Assembly (NCBI GenBank): GCA_965223545.1
Contig: OZ245006.1
Span: 2,784,001-2,848,000 of the forward strand
Reading direction: 5' to 3'
Source: Planctomycetota bacterium
Lineage (GTDB): Bacteria; Planctomycetota; UBA1135; UBA2386
Length of the DNA stretch: 64,000 bases
Made by a program: the position numbers and the translations under genes. Below the pieces are notes generated by a model, which saw only the letters and a program-made list of their open reading frames with translations, ran no database searches and had not been told where the DNA came from. Below, piece after piece: positions 1-16,366 of the stretch; the stretch's first letter is position 1, and each line of letters begins with the position of its first letter.

Positions 1-2087
1 GTCAGGATCTCCTCGATGCGTTGCAGATCCTCCGGACCAACGGGCGCGCCCTCCGCGGGCGCGACGAAGCTGAGCAGCGCGGCCAGGGGTCGGTAGCTGC
101 GCGCGAGCGCTGGGGGTAGCCGCACGGCAATCGCCTCGACGCCACCGCCGCCGCCCACGCCGGGCAGCACCCGCGTCGGCGACACGAGAAGCTGCCAGAC
201 GAGCTCGGATGCCTCGAGCTCGGGAAAGCCCCCGACCGCGGCGCGGGTCAGCAGGGTGTCCTCGACGCCCGCTGCCACCGCGAGGTCAGCCGCCCAGCGA
301 TCCAGAGCGGCGCCGCCGCTGCCCGGCAGCAGCGCCCGGGCGCGCTCCAGCAGTCGACTTGCCCGCACGAAGTCCCGCTGCAGACCGAGCGCCGCGACCT
401 GCATCAACAGCGGATACGGATCGCCCGGATACATCGCCGCCATGCGCGCCGCCGCCTGCTGCGCGTCCCGCAACTCCCCCATGGAAACGAGCACCGGTGC
501 GAGGCACTCGTGCGCGCGCCGATGGTAGGGCTGCAGCGCCAACGCCTGCTCGAGCAGCGTGCGCGTCGCGACCAAATCACTCGCCAGCAGCGCGCGGGCG
601 TAGGCGGACTGCGCCGCGCTCAACCCACCGTGCAGCAGCGCCTGACGCACCGCCGCGAGGCCGGCCTCGGGGTTGTCATGCCGGTTGACTCCCAGGTCGC
701 CACGCAGCAGCAGCACCTCCGCCTCGCGGTCGCCGAGGTCGCCGACACCCCACAGCGCATCCAACTCGGTCCGCGCCGCGCGCAGCTGGCCACACCCCTC
801 CAGCGCCTCGATGATGCCGACCGTCACCCCGACCCGGTCGGCGTGCCCGGTCTGCGCGGCGCGCCGGTAGTCCACCAACGCCTGCCGCCAGTCACCGCGC
901 TGGGCCAGCAGCTGTGCCGAGCGAAACCACGCCAAGGCGCTCGCCTCCTGGGCGACCCGGCGCTCTCGCTCGACCGCGCGGTTGACACCGAACTGCCAGG
1001 CCGCGAGCAGCGACGCCAGCGCGAACAGCGCCAGTGCAACGCTCAAGCCGGTCAGCAGCGCGTTCCTCCGCACCCACCGCGCCGCCCGCATCAACGGACC
1101 GGCGGCGCGGGCACGGACTGTTCGAAACCCGAGGAACCGCTCCAAGTCCTCGGCAAACGCCTGCGCCGTCTGATAGCGACGTGCCGGATCCGCCTCCATC
1201 GCCGTCATGCAGACGGTCTCCAGGTCGCGCGGCACGGCGCGGTTGACCCGCCGCGGCGAGCGCGGCTCGCCGTTCGCGACTTGCCGCAGGATCTCGTGCG
1301 GGGTGTCACCGCTGTAGGGGACCGCCGCGGTGAGCATCTCGTACAACGTCGCTCCGAGCGCGTAGACGTCGCTGCGCTCATCCACCGTGGCGATGCCATG
1401 CCGCGCCTGCTCCGGCGACACGTAGTGGGGCGTGCCGACGAACTCCCCGGTGTGAGTCAGCCCGAGCTCCGCATCCACCTTGGCCAGACCGAAGTCGAAG
1501 AGAAGTGCACGCCCATCGTCGGCCACCATGACGTTGCTCGGCTTGACGTCGCGGTGGACGACACCGTGCGCGTGCGCATGCTGCAGCCCGCGCGCGACCT
1601 GCAACGCCAGTCGACAAACTGCGCCGACGTACGACGTCGGCCAGGCAGCATCGAAGCCGGCGCCGCTCGGCGCCTCCACCAACTGCGTCGCCGACCATTG
1701 CGAGGGGGCGGTGCCGGTGCTGCGCACCCGCTCGAGCCTGCGGTGCAACGTCTCGCCCGACACCAGCTCCATCGTGAAGTACGGACACCCTTCCGCTTCG
1801 CCGACCTCGAACACCGGCACGATGTTGGGGTGTTGCAGCCGCGCCACGGCGCGCACCTCGCGCTCGAACCGGGCAAACGCCCGCTCGCTGGCCTGCAGCC
1901 GCTGCGCGAGCACCTTGAGCGCGACCCGCCGGCCGAGCCCGGCGTCTTCCGCTTCGTAGACGACACCCATGCCGCCGCGCCCGATCTCCCGCACGATCCG
2001 ATAGCCCCCGACCGCGCTCGGCAAGGCACCCGACCGGTCGGCCGGTGGGTCTGCGTCGTCAGGGTGAGTCGGAGGGAGCGGGCTCAT
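1..2087 (-). CDS. Hanks-type Ser/Thr protein kinase with C-terminal extension (3' end outside window)
   Basis: Not in the ORF track. Manual translation from ATG 2087 gives GYRIVREIGRGGMGVVYEAED..RVALKVL, HRDVKPSN, DFGLAK, GTPHYVSPEQ, DVYALG. Confidence 0.92.
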   Translation of the reverse strand, partial: MSPLPPTHPDDADPPADRSGALPSAVGGYRIVREIGRGGMGVVYEAEDAGLGRRVALKVLAQRLQASERAFARFEREVRAVARLQHPNIVPVFEVGEAEGCPYFTMELVSGETLHRRLERVRSTGTAPSQWSATQLVEAPSGAGFDAAWPTSYVGAVCRLALQVARGLQHAHAHGVVHRDVKPSNVMVADDGRALLFDFGLAKVDAELGLTHTGEFVGTPHYVSPEQARHGIATVDERSDVYALGATLYEMLTAAVPYSGDTPHEILRQVANGEPRSPRRVNRAVPRDLETVCMTAMEADPARRYQTAQAFAEDLERFLGFRTVRARAAGPLMRAARWVRRNALLTGLSVALALFALASLLAAWQFGVNRAVERERRVAQEASALAWFRSAQLLAQRGDWRQALVDYRRAAQTGHADRVGVTVGIIEALEGCGQLRAARTELDALWGVGDLGDREAEVLLLRGDLGVNRHDNPEAGLAAVRQALLHGGLSAAQSAYARALLASDLVATRTLLEQALALQPYHRRAHECLAPVLVSMGELRDAQQAAARMAAMYPGDPYPLLMQVAALGLQRDFVRASRLLERARALLPGSGGAALDRWAADLAVAAGVEDTLLTRAAVGGFPELEASELVWQLLVSPTRVLPGVGGGGGVEAIAVRLPPALARSYRPLAALLSFVAPAEGAPVGPEDLQRIEEIL

Positions 2088-2113
2088 CAACCGGGCTCGA
2101 CCATTAAATGCGA

Positions 2114-2140
2114 TCGGGCGAGCCCATGTGGCTCGCCCGA
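2114..2140 (-). terminator. Putative rrn operon terminator hairpin
   Basis: 11-bp stem tcgggcgagcc/ggctcgcccga just downstream of 5S; weak U-tract. Confidence 0.5.
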
Positions 2141-2170
2141 ACGGCCAGCGCGTTGCTGTGTAGAAGAATG

Positions 2171-2279
2171 AGCCCGGCACGAACCTACTTTCGCCTTTCG
2201 ACTATCATCGGCCCAGGCTGCTTGACGACCGAGTTCGGGATGGGATCGGGTATTTCCAGCCAGGTATGGGCACCGGGCA
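2171..2279 (-). rRNA. rrf: 5S rRNA (short, about 109 nt)
   Basis: Conserved 5S motifs on the reverse complement (CCGATCCCATCCCGAACTCGG, GCCGATGATAGT); terminal helix cccgg/ccggg; ends approximate. Confidence 0.93.
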
Positions 2280-2403
2280 ATACGCATGCGTTCTCCGGTG
2301 GACGCGTGATAAGCGTCGTGCGCCGGAGAAGACGCATAGGGTGTGAGGAACGTCGCGAAGGCGGCGCTTTGCGCCGTCTTCGATCGAGAAGACCAAGGTG
2401 AGA

Positions 2404-5363
<2,960 letters not shown>

Positions 5364-5414
5364 TATATCCTCACGCGAGATCCTCTTGATCTCGACGATT
5401 CCTCACACCCTACT

Positions 5415-5425
5415 TGTCAAAGAGC
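5415..5425 (-). promoter_or_regulatory. boxA-like antitermination element (spacer)
   Basis: GCTCTTTGACA on the minus strand upstream of 23S; identical copy upstream of 16S. Confidence 0.7.
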
Positions 5426-5509
5426 TTCGTAACTGCTTTGGCGCCCGCGGGCTCGTCGGCCGAAATTCGACCGGGCTCGACCGCCGGACGAGGCTCGTGG
5501 CGTCGAGAC

Positions 5510-5585
5510 TGGTGGAGACGATGGGACTCGAACCCACGACCTCCTGGTTGCAAACCAGGTGCTCTACCAGTTGAGCTACGTCCCC
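5510..5585 (-). tRNA. tRNA-Ala(TGC)
   Basis: 76-nt cloverleaf GGGGACG...CCACCA, anticodon TGC, encoded CCA. Confidence 0.97.
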
Positions 5586-5609
5586 GACGCGCGGTAGGCC
5601 CCCCAGAAG

Positions 5610-5686
5610 TGGTAGGCCTAGGTGGATTCGAACCACCGACCTTACGCTTATCAGGCGTACGCTCTAACCAACTGAGCTATAGGCCT
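5610..5686 (-). tRNA. tRNA-Ile(GAT)
   Basis: 77-nt cloverleaf AGGCCTA...TACCA, anticodon loop CTGATAA. Confidence 0.97.
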
Positions 5687-5879
5687 ACGGTCGGGCGCCA
5701 CCCCGCGCCGAACCGATGATGGCCGACGCGAGGCAGAAGAAGATTGGATAGCCCCGAGGTCGCGTGTGCCCTGTGCTTCTCGGCACGTGCAGGCGACCCG
5801 GCTGCCACTCGGCGCGCAGCCCTCTTGCGAGGGTCACGAACCGTGCTTGAGCCGGCGCTGGACGCGCCGGTTTCCTTAG

Positions 5880-7438
<1,559 letters not shown>

Positions 7439-7665
7439 TAGAAGTTCTGATCGGGATTCCGCAAGAGACAGCAGCACGACGAACGCACCGCTGCGCGAAC
7501 CGCACCCGCAGGCACGGCGTCTCACGATCCCATTTTCTTGGTCGCCAAAACCACTCCGCCAACCGCGACACCGCCACTCCCCGGCCGGAACCGGAACGCG
7601 GCAACGACGCAGCGGCAAAGGCCTTGGACGCTTTTGCTCACACGCTGTTTCGAGGCTATCCAGAA

Positions 7666-7676
7666 TGTCAAAGAGC
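7666..7676 (-). promoter_or_regulatory. boxA-like antitermination element (leader)
   Basis: GCTCTTTGACA on the minus strand about 230 nt upstream of 16S. Confidence 0.7.
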
Positions 7677-8029
7677 CGGCCGTTGCCTCTCGACCCACCG
7701 CGCGAACGACACACTCGGGGCGCCGTCAGCGGAGGGAGGGTGGGAGGGTCGGGCGTCGCGCTTGCCGCCCGAGCCGCCGTCCGTGGGGACGAGCGAGCTC
7801 TCGACGAGCGAGGGCGGGGAAGGGTAGCCACGCCCCCGGGCGTTGAAAAGCCCGTGGTGGCAAAATTTTGGCGGCGCCCGCCGCCGCGGCGGCACGCGGC
7901 CAGGGGGGCCCTGAGCGCGTCAACATCGAGGCCGTAGGGCACTCCGGCCGGCGAAGCCCCGTCGACCACCCGCGCCGCCTGCGTGCTCGCCTCGGCCGCA
8001 CCCCTGCCGTACAACCTGCGGGCCTCTCC

Positions 8030-9069
<1,040 letters not shown>

Positions 9070-9073
<4 letters not shown>

Positions 9074-10023
9074 GCCAGACGTTCGATCTGCGTGGCAAGC
9101 GCGTCCTCGTCACCGGCGGCGCCGGCTTCTTGGGCCGCGCCGTGTGCGAGCGCATCGCAAGCCGTCAGCCGGACGAGCTGATCGTGCCGCGGCGCGCGGA
9201 CTACGACTTGACCGTCGAGGCCGAGGTCGAGCGGCTGTACCGCGAATGGCGACCGGAGGTCGTGCTCCACCTCGCGGCGGAGGTGGGCGGCATCGGCGCG
9301 AACATGGCGAATGGCGGCCGCTACTTCTTCGCCAACATGGCCATGGGCCTGCACCTGATCGAGCACGCCCGGCGCGCCGGCCTGGAGAAGTTCGTTCAGG
9401 TCGGCACCATCTGCGCGTATCCCAAGCACACCGAGGTGCCGTTCCGCGAAGAGCACCTGTGGGACGGCTACCCCGAGGAGACCAACGCGCCGTATGGCGT
9501 GGCGAAGAAGGCGCTGCTGGTGATGCTGCAGGCCTATCGCGAGCAGTACGGGTTCCCGGGCATCTATCTGCTGCCGGTCAATCTGTACGGGCCGCACGAC
9601 AACTTCGACCTGGAGACCAGCCACGTCATCCCCGCGTTGATCCGAAAGTTCACCGCCGCGGTGCGCGATGGCCTCGACTCGGTCGAGGTCTGGGGCACCG
9701 GCAAGGTCTCCCGCGAGTTCCTCTACGTCGACGACTGCGCCGAGGGGATCGTGCTCGCCACCGAGCGCTACGACGACGGTGACCCCGTGAACCTGGGTAC
9801 CGGAACCGAGATCACGATCGGCGACCTGGCCGCCGAGATCGCCCGCGCGACCGGTTTCACCGGCGAGCTGCGCTTCAACACCTCGCGGCCAGACGGCCAA
9901 CCCCGCCGCTGCTTGGACACCACGCGCGCGGCAGAGCGCTTCGGCTTCCGCGCCCGCGTCGGGTTCGAAGAGGGCTTGCGGCAGACCATCGACTGGTGGC
10001 AGGCGCAGCCGTCGGCAGACTGA
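9070..10023 (+). CDS. fcl: GDP-L-fucose synthase
   Basis: [51 protein letters not shown]; coupled to gmd. Confidence 0.96.
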
Positions 10024-11633
10024 CTCGGCACGGCGCCGTGCTGTCGGCGATCTGCGCCGTCTACGCGGCGGTGTTCTGCCTTGGGTTCAGCTGGTCCGAG
10101 ACACCGTTCTATCCCCGCTTCTTCGACCAAGTCAGCTATCGTGTCGAGGTCGCCGCGGTCGCCGACGCGATCGCCGACCGCGGCCCCGGCGCGGCTCTGG
10201 GCGCCGCTTTCGAGCACGCGACGGCGCAGGGCATCGGCTACCCGTTGCTCGGCGGGATCGCCTTGGCCCTCGGGTTCGATCCGGTGCACGCGATGATGGC
10301 GCTGTTCCTCGGCTGCCTGACGACGATCTTCTTCGCACTGTCGACCGCGGGCGGTGGGGCGTGGGCGGGGTGGATGGGCATCGCTCTGCTGACTTCCGCA
10401 ACGAGCCTGCTCAACCCGGTCGGCTCGCTGCGCGATTTCCGCCCCGACCTCGCCGGCCAACTGCTGTGGGCGACAGCCACGGCACTCCTGCTCGCCTCGG
10501 ACGCCGGTCGGCGGCGATGGCCGTGCGCGCTGCTCGGTGCCGTCCTCGGCATCGCGTTCTGCACGCGTTCGCTGACCCTGTTCTACGCGATCGCGGCCAC
10601 GCCGCTCTGCCTCGCCGCGGCCTGGGTGCGGCACGCCCGAGGCCGCGGGCGGCGGTTGACCAACCTGGCGCTCACCGCTGCCATCGCCCTGCTGATCGGC
10701 GGGCCGTTCTTCGTCGCCCACCACGATCTGATCTACGACTACTACATCGCCAACCACCTGTCCGCCGCCGAGAACACCGCCCGCGGTTTCGGCTACGCCA
10801 ACCCGGCAACGCAGCTGGTCTGGTACGCATCGAGCTTGCGCAAGAACCACATCGGCTACGCGGCGCTGGCCATCGGCGTCACCGCCGGCGTCCTTCTGCT
10901 GCGATCGGGAGCGCGGTTGCGCCGCCGCGACGTCTGGTCACCGCTGCTCCTGACCATCGCCGGGCTGGCGCCACTCGCTGTGCTCGCCCTCGGTCCGCAG
11001 CGCAGCAGCACGGTCAGCGGCGTCGCCCTGGGGCCGGCGATGATGCTGGCGCTGCTCGCCGGCTTCGCCGCGCCGCGCATGCAGGCTCCGAAACCGCGGC
11101 TGTGGTACGCCTTGGTCGCGCTCGGGCTGGCGCTCTGGCCGGTGCGGTTCCTGCTGCGCACGGCCGACGACGCGCGATCCCGGCAGGCGGCGGGGCACCA
11201 TCGCGTGGTGGCGCAGCACCGCGCGATCCTGCGGCACACGCGCGGACGGCAGCACGTCTGGCTGTCGACGCTGCCGCTGATCGAAGCGCACTCGCGCAAC
11301 ATGCTCGAGGTGCAGGGCGCTCGGCTCGAGGGCCGGCTCCCGCGGCGCTTCTTCGACAACGGCCTCGGGCACTCGATCTACGCGTGTGCCTCGGCGGCGG
11401 AGTTCGAAGCCAAGCTCCGGCAGAGCGATGTCGTCCTGTGGTGGGACGGCCGGGCGTCGGGCGGCGACTCCCTGCCCGCCAACCGCGAAGTCGTCGAGCG
11501 ACGGACCATCATCGCTCGCATTCTGGCAGACGAGTTCGAACCAGCGCCGGGCGCGGCCGGTGAGATCCTGCTCGAGGGCGCGCCGCTGCGCCTCTACTTC
11601 CGCGCCCCCGCGCGCCGACCGACACCGCGCTGA
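9996..11633 (+). CDS. Multi-TM membrane protein, possible GT-C-fold glycosyltransferase (start uncertain)
   Basis: Many hydrophobic segments, acidic FFDQ in the first loop, DFRPD motif, soluble C-terminal domain; follows fcl. Confidence 0.55.
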   Translation: MAGAAVGRLTRHGAVLSAICAVYAAVFCLGFSWSETPFYPRFFDQVSYRVEVAAVADAIADRGPGAALGAAFEHATAQGIGYPLLGGIALALGFDPVHAMMALFLGCLTTIFFALSTAGGGAWAGWMGIALLTSATSLLNPVGSLRDFRPDLAGQLLWATATALLLASDAGRRRWPCALLGAVLGIAFCTRSLTLFYAIAATPLCLAAAWVRHARGRGRRLTNLALTAAIALLIGGPFFVAHHDLIYDYYIANHLSAAENTARGFGYANPATQLVWYASSLRKNHIGYAALAIGVTAGVLLLRSGARLRRRDVWSPLLLTIAGLAPLAVLALGPQRSSTVSGVALGPAMMLALLAGFAAPRMQAPKPRLWYALVALGLALWPVRFLLRTADDARSRQAAGHHRVVAQHRAILRHTRGRQHVWLSTLPLIEAHSRNMLEVQGARLEGRLPRRFFDNGLGHSIYACASAAEFEAKLRQSDVVLWWDGRASGGDSLPANREVVERRTIIARILADEFEPAPGAAGEILLEGAPLRLYFRAPARRPTPR

Positions 11634-11654
11634 TCGAGCTCGCGGATCACGCGG

Positions 11655-13049
11655 TCAGTGGCCGAGGCGCAGCTCGACGCCGAACGACGCCAGCCCACCG
11701 CCGATCGACGCGAGGCCGGCCGCGGCCGGATCGCGCGCCACCCACTGCAGGTAGACCGACGCTCCAGCCAGCACCGGCAAGTTCGGCACCGCGACCACCA
11801 GCTGCGCATCGCCGGCCGAGTTGGCGGTCCGCTGGGCGGCGATCAGAAGCCCTGCCGGATCCACCCACAGCGTGCAGCCCTCGAACGCGATCCCGGCCGG
11901 CGCGGCCGACAACAGACCGACCACCGGCTGCCCCGCGACCGCGTTGCGAACGCGCAGCGCGAGGCGCGCGACCCCCAATCGCGGCAGCTCGTCGACACGC
12001 AGGTCGAGCGGACCTCGGCTCCCGATACAGCAGTCGCCGTACGGCAGCACCGCCGCGGCACCGGGATCGCTGCCGCCGCCACCGTAGTACGGCGCCGCGA
12101 ACGGGCTGGCGCGGAAGTGCGCATCCAACATCTCGGCGACCTTTCGCTCGCCGTTCAAGTTCGGGTGCGTGCCGTCGCCGCGGAATTCGCAACACGTCCA
12201 GGTCAGACCGTCTCCGCGCGGGGTGGTCCCATCCGCCCACGGATACGGCCCCCACGCGAGCCAGGGCGCCATCCCGCGCCCTGGGCGCGGATCGAAGGCG
12301 AGGCCGGGATCGCCGCCAATCTGCTGCTCGATCAGGCCGCGCACCGCGAAGCCGGACTCGTAGGCATGCGGCTCGGGATTGAGGTGCGAGTTGGCGTATC
12401 CGGCATAGGTCCGGCTCGAGACGAACGCGATCTGACACCGCGGAAAAACCGCTGAGATGTTGCGCGCGATCGACTCGAGGTAGCCCTGCAGCTCCGCGGC
12501 ATTGGCTGGAAACGTCGTGGTCGGGTTGGGCACGGCCTGCTTCAACCAAACCACCTGCACTTGGGCGGCGGTCAAGCCCGCCTGAGCCAAGCGCTGCAAC
12601 GCGACGGTCCAGTACACCGACCCGGGATTCGCGAGCTCCGGGGCCCCCCTGCCCGGCTGCGCCAGGTCGATCACCCGCACCGCGGGAAGGCGCAGCGGAT
12701 CGGCATCGCTGATCCGTTTCCACGCCGAGAACTCCTGCGACGCGTTCGACATGCCGATCGACGCGATCACGATGCGACCGTTGGCACTGGGCTGTCCCGT
12801 GCCATCGACCGGCTGGACCGCCGCCACCGCCGTCTGCCCGAGGATAGCGTGCGCCGGCGGCATCGCGTTGGAGCCGCCGCGGTACAACCCACCCAAGAAC
12901 CCGCGGTACGTCCCGATGCCGAGGTCGACGAGCGGGATCGCGCCGGTCGAGCTCGGCGCGCACGCCTGCGCCGGGAGCCAGGACATCACCGCGCACGAAA
13001 CCAGCAGGGGGATGACCCGACCGCGGCACACCAGGGGGACGAAGCGCAT
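11655..13049 (-). CDS. Exported protein, SGNH-like hydrolase domain plus C-terminal beta domain
   Basis: Signal-like N-terminus, IGMSN and DGTHP motifs, C-terminal YGDCC..LAGASVYLQW..LRLG. Confidence 0.65.
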   Translation of the reverse strand: MRFVPLVCRGRVIPLLVSCAVMSWLPAQACAPSSTGAIPLVDLGIGTYRGFLGGLYRGGSNAMPPAHAILGQTAVAAVQPVDGTGQPSANGRIVIASIGMSNASQEFSAWKRISDADPLRLPAVRVIDLAQPGRGAPELANPGSVYWTVALQRLAQAGLTAAQVQVVWLKQAVPNPTTTFPANAAELQGYLESIARNISAVFPRCQIAFVSSRTYAGYANSHLNPEPHAYESGFAVRGLIEQQIGGDPGLAFDPRPGRGMAPWLAWGPYPWADGTTPRGDGLTWTCCEFRGDGTHPNLNGERKVAEMLDAHFRASPFAAPYYGGGGSDPGAAAVLPYGDCCIGSRGPLDLRVDELPRLGVARLALRVRNAVAGQPVVGLLSAAPAGIAFEGCTLWVDPAGLLIAAQRTANSAGDAQLVVAVPNLPVLAGASVYLQWVARDPAAAGLASIGGGLASFGVELRLGH

Positions 13050-13105
13050 GCTGTTCCTACTCTTCCGCAAACCGCCGGATCCGCAATTCGGGTCGATCCT
13101 AGCAC

Positions 13106-13987
13106 CTAGTGGGTCTGCGGCCGCTCGGACGCCAGCTGGCGCGCGATCAGGGCCGCGACGCCGCGCTGCACCGGCCACGTCACGCGCGGGAGCCAGCGTC
13201 CGCGCAGGGCCTGCGCATCTTCCTCACTGCTCGCACCGAAGACGCCGGGCCAGCGCTTGCGCAGCGTGTCGAGGCCGTAGATCCAGGCGGCCGGACACCG
13301 CCGGTGCGTGGCGTGGCGCGCCATCACGCGACGCAGCTCGGCGAAGCGCCGCCACCCGCCGGACGCGGTCTTCGCGCGGGCGTGCTCGCGCGCCGCCGCT
13401 TGCAGCGCGTCGACGAACACCACCGGCCAGCGCGCCGAAAGCCGCAACCACAAGTCCCAGTCCATCGCCCAGTGCAGCGAGGGATCGACACCCCCCGCGG
13501 CGAGAACGCACCGGCGACGCATCAGCGTCGTCGGTTGCAGGATGTAGTTCTCGACGTGGGCCAGGCGCCAGCGATCGAACGGCCGCGTCGCCGAGAACGC
13601 ACCGAGGCTCCGACCGGCCGCGTCCATGCGCTCGCCGTGGCCGTAGCAGAACGCCGCATCCGGACTTCGCCGCAGCGCGTCGACCGCGCGGCGCAGCATG
13701 CCCGGTGCCCAGACGTCGTCGGCGTTGAGCCAGGCGACGAACTCCGAACGGACGCCGCGAAAGCAGCGGTCGATCGCCGCCGCCTGTCCACCATCCGGCC
13801 CACTCTCCCACGTCAACCGATCGCCAAACGACCGCAGCACGGCCAGGCTCTCGTCACGCGAGCCGCCATCGGCGATGTGCAGCGCGAGCGATACGCCGGC
13901 CTGCGCGAGCACCGAGTCGATGGCCTCGCGCAGAAACCGCCCCTGGTTCAAGTTGGGCACGACCACCGTCACTGCTGGGCTCCCCAT
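13106..13987 (-). CDS. Glycosyltransferase family 2
   Basis: VVVPNLNQ, DGGSRD, WLNADD, ILQP, AMDWDLW. Confidence 0.93.
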   Translation of the reverse strand: MGSPAVTVVVPNLNQGRFLREAIDSVLAQAGVSLALHIADGGSRDESLAVLRSFGDRLTWESGPDGGQAAAIDRCFRGVRSEFVAWLNADDVWAPGMLRRAVDALRRSPDAAFCYGHGERMDAAGRSLGAFSATRPFDRWRLAHVENYILQPTTLMRRRCVLAAGGVDPSLHWAMDWDLWLRLSARWPVVFVDALQAAAREHARAKTASGGWRRFAELRRVMARHATHRRCPAAWIYGLDTLRKRWPGVFGASSEEDAQALRGRWLPRVTWPVQRGVAALIARQLASERPQTH

Positions 13988-13991
13988 GGTG

Positions 13992-16313
13992 TCAGGCCAC
14001 CGTCTCGACCGAGAGCACACGGAACGCCAGTGCGCGGCAGTCGTCCGAGACGCCCGCGGATGCGGGTACGAATGCGCGGTTGGCGGCCAAGGTGACCACC
14101 GTCGGAGTCAGCCGGCGCTGTGGCAACGACACCTCGAGCGAAAACCGCCCACGACGCCGCACCGCGCACCGGCCCACCTCGCGGCCCGCCACCTGGGCTC
14201 GCACCACCAAACGGCGGGGAAACGGCCAGAACGGGCTCTCGCCGATGACCCGCACCCGAGCGGCATCACCGTCGACCAACAGGGTGGTCAACGGACCGGC
14301 CCAGCCGTCGCCGTACGGTGGCGCCGGAACCTTGACCCGATGGCGGCGCATGCGCCAGCTCGCCAGAACCCGCGCCAGCGGACGCGGCACGATCCACGGC
14401 ACCCGCCGGGCCAGTCGGCTGCACCGGTGGTGCAGGTAGCCCGCCAACCACTCGTGGTGCACATAGCCGAAGTGCCGTCGGGCCACCCGCAGCACCTCGT
14501 CGTAGATGCCATCGCGCTGCGCCACCGTCTTGGCCGCGGAGTGCAACCGGTAGGTCGCCAGCACCCGGTCGAGGTGCACGGCGTCGTAGTGGGTGGCGAA
14601 GCGGATCCACAGGTCGTAGTCGAACGCGTAGCGCAGGCTCGGATCGGGAAGGTCGATGACGTCGAACACCTCGCGCCGCAAGAACGTCGCCGGCTGGCAC
14701 ACGAAGCAGTTGCCGGCCAGCGCGGTGCGCGAGAACCGAGGACGGGTGGGGTAGCGGCCGATCGGCACACCGGCCGCATCGGTGTAGTCGGCCTCGCCAT
14801 ACACCATCGCCGCCTCGGGGTGGCGCGCGAGCGCGTCGACGGCCGCCCTGACCGCGCCAGGCCGATAGGTGTCGTCGCTGTTGAGCCAAGCCACGACCTC
14901 GGCCCGCGACGCGCGCAGCGCCGCGGTGATCGCGGCGGCGTGCCCGCCATCGGGCGCCGACCACCAGCGCACGCGATCCCCGTAGCTCTCGAGCATCCGC
15001 AGCGTAGCGTCGGTGGAACCGCCGTCGGCGACCGCGTACTCGAGGTCGGGATAGTCTTGCGCCAACACGGACTCGATGGCGGCCGGCAAGTAGGCCGCCT
15101 GGTTGAGCGACGGCGTCACCACGAACACCCGCGGGCGCCAGCGCCGTGCGGCGGCGGCCAATGGCTCGGCGGGCGGCACGCCGGCGGCGTCGAGCAGCAC
15201 CCGCGCCAAGGTCCGCGCCGCAGCGCGGTAGCTGAACCGCGCCGCCCGGCGCCGGCCGCGGTCGACCCGCTGCCGGGTCGCCGCCGACGGCCGCGTGGCC
15301 GCGCGGATCGCGGCGGCGATCGACGCCGGCGACGCGGGATCGAACCACACCGCGGCGTCGCCCGCCACTTCGGGCAAGCTCGTCATCTGCGCGGCGGCGA
15401 GTGGCACGCCGCGCTGCATCGCCTCCAGCGCCGGCAAGCCGAACCCCTCGAACAAACTCGGCACCACCACCGCGGCGGCGCCGTCGTACAGCGCGGCCAA
15501 GTCGCGCTGCGGCAACGTGCCCAGGCTGTGGACAAGGTCGGCGACGCCGAGCGCGCGGGCGTGGGCAGCGACGCCACTCGTCTCGAGGTCGTCCGCGCCG
15601 GTCAACACCAGCCGCGGCGCGCTGCCGTGGAGGGCGCGGTGGCGTGCCAACCCGCGCAACAGGCCGACGTGGTTCTTGTGGGGCCAAGCCCTCGCCGGAT
15701 AGAGCAAGTAGCCGGGCCGCAGCCGCCAGCGCGCCAGCACCCGCGCGCAGACTTCGGACCCCACTGGCGCACACAGGTCGGGGCTACAGCCGTGCGGCAA
15801 GACGACGACGCGCTCGGACGGCAGCTCGTAGGCGCGCTGCATGTGCCGGGCCGTGAAATCCGACGGCACCAGCACGCGTGCGCTGCGGTGCACGGCGACC
15901 CGGATCCCGGTCGCGCGGCGCGCCAGCTCGTCCGGAGCGAAGAACTCGGGATGCGCCAGGTGCTGTAGGTCGGGGATCGATGTGACCGCGGGCACCGGTG
16001 GCGGCGACGGCGCCAAGAACATCAACGGGCACCACAGCACGTGCTGCCGCCGCCAGAAGGCCGCGTCGGGCGGCGCCGCGCGGACCCGGTGCACTCCGCG
16101 CCAGCGCGCGACCTCGTCGTGGCCGGCGGGGCCGGTCAGCGCGGTGACCACCAAGTGGTTGCCCCGTTCCTCGGCCAGCGCGTCGAGCAGGTCGCGAGTG
16201 ACGTTCTCGATCCCGCCGATGCGCCCCGGCACCAGCGCGCGGAGCTGCACCGTGACCGCCAGCCGGCCGCCGCCGTCGGAACGCGCGTCCTGCACCATCG
16301 TGAGCACCGACAT
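13992..16313 (-). CDS. GT4-GT2 bifunctional glycosyltransferase with C-terminal beta domain
   Basis: GT4: PDLQH, PHKN, EGFGLPALEAM; GT2: VTPSLNQ, DGGSTD, WLNSDD. Confidence 0.92.
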   Translation of the reverse strand: MSVLTMVQDARSDGGGRLAVTVQLRALVPGRIGGIENVTRDLLDALAEERGNHLVVTALTGPAGHDEVARWRGVHRVRAAPPDAAFWRRQHVLWCPLMFLAPSPPPVPAVTSIPDLQHLAHPEFFAPDELARRATGIRVAVHRSARVLVPSDFTARHMQRAYELPSERVVVLPHGCSPDLCAPVGSEVCARVLARWRLRPGYLLYPARAWPHKNHVGLLRGLARHRALHGSAPRLVLTGADDLETSGVAAHARALGVADLVHSLGTLPQRDLAALYDGAAAVVVPSLFEGFGLPALEAMQRGVPLAAAQMTSLPEVAGDAAVWFDPASPASIAAAIRAATRPSAATRQRVDRGRRRAARFSYRAAARTLARVLLDAAGVPPAEPLAAAARRWRPRVFVVTPSLNQAAYLPAAIESVLAQDYPDLEYAVADGGSTDATLRMLESYGDRVRWWSAPDGGHAAAITAALRASRAEVVAWLNSDDTYRPGAVRAAVDALARHPEAAMVYGEADYTDAAGVPIGRYPTRPRFSRTALAGNCFVCQPATFLRREVFDVIDLPDPSLRYAFDYDLWIRFATHYDAVHLDRVLATYRLHSAAKTVAQRDGIYDEVLRVARRHFGYVHHEWLAGYLHHRCSRLARRVPWIVPRPLARVLASWRMRRHRVKVPAPPYGDGWAGPLTTLLVDGDAARVRVIGESPFWPFPRRLVVRAQVAGREVGRCAVRRRGRFSLEVSLPQRRLTPTVVTLAANRAFVPASAGVSDDCRALAFRVLSVETVA

Positions 16314-16366
16314 TTCAGCGCCAAGGCGGAACAAACGCCAGCAACGCCGCGGTAGCCTCTGCGCTG

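Noticed and set aside
510..2171. 553-aa plus-strand ORF
   Set aside because: Antisense shadow of the kinase gene, which has clear motifs on the minus strand
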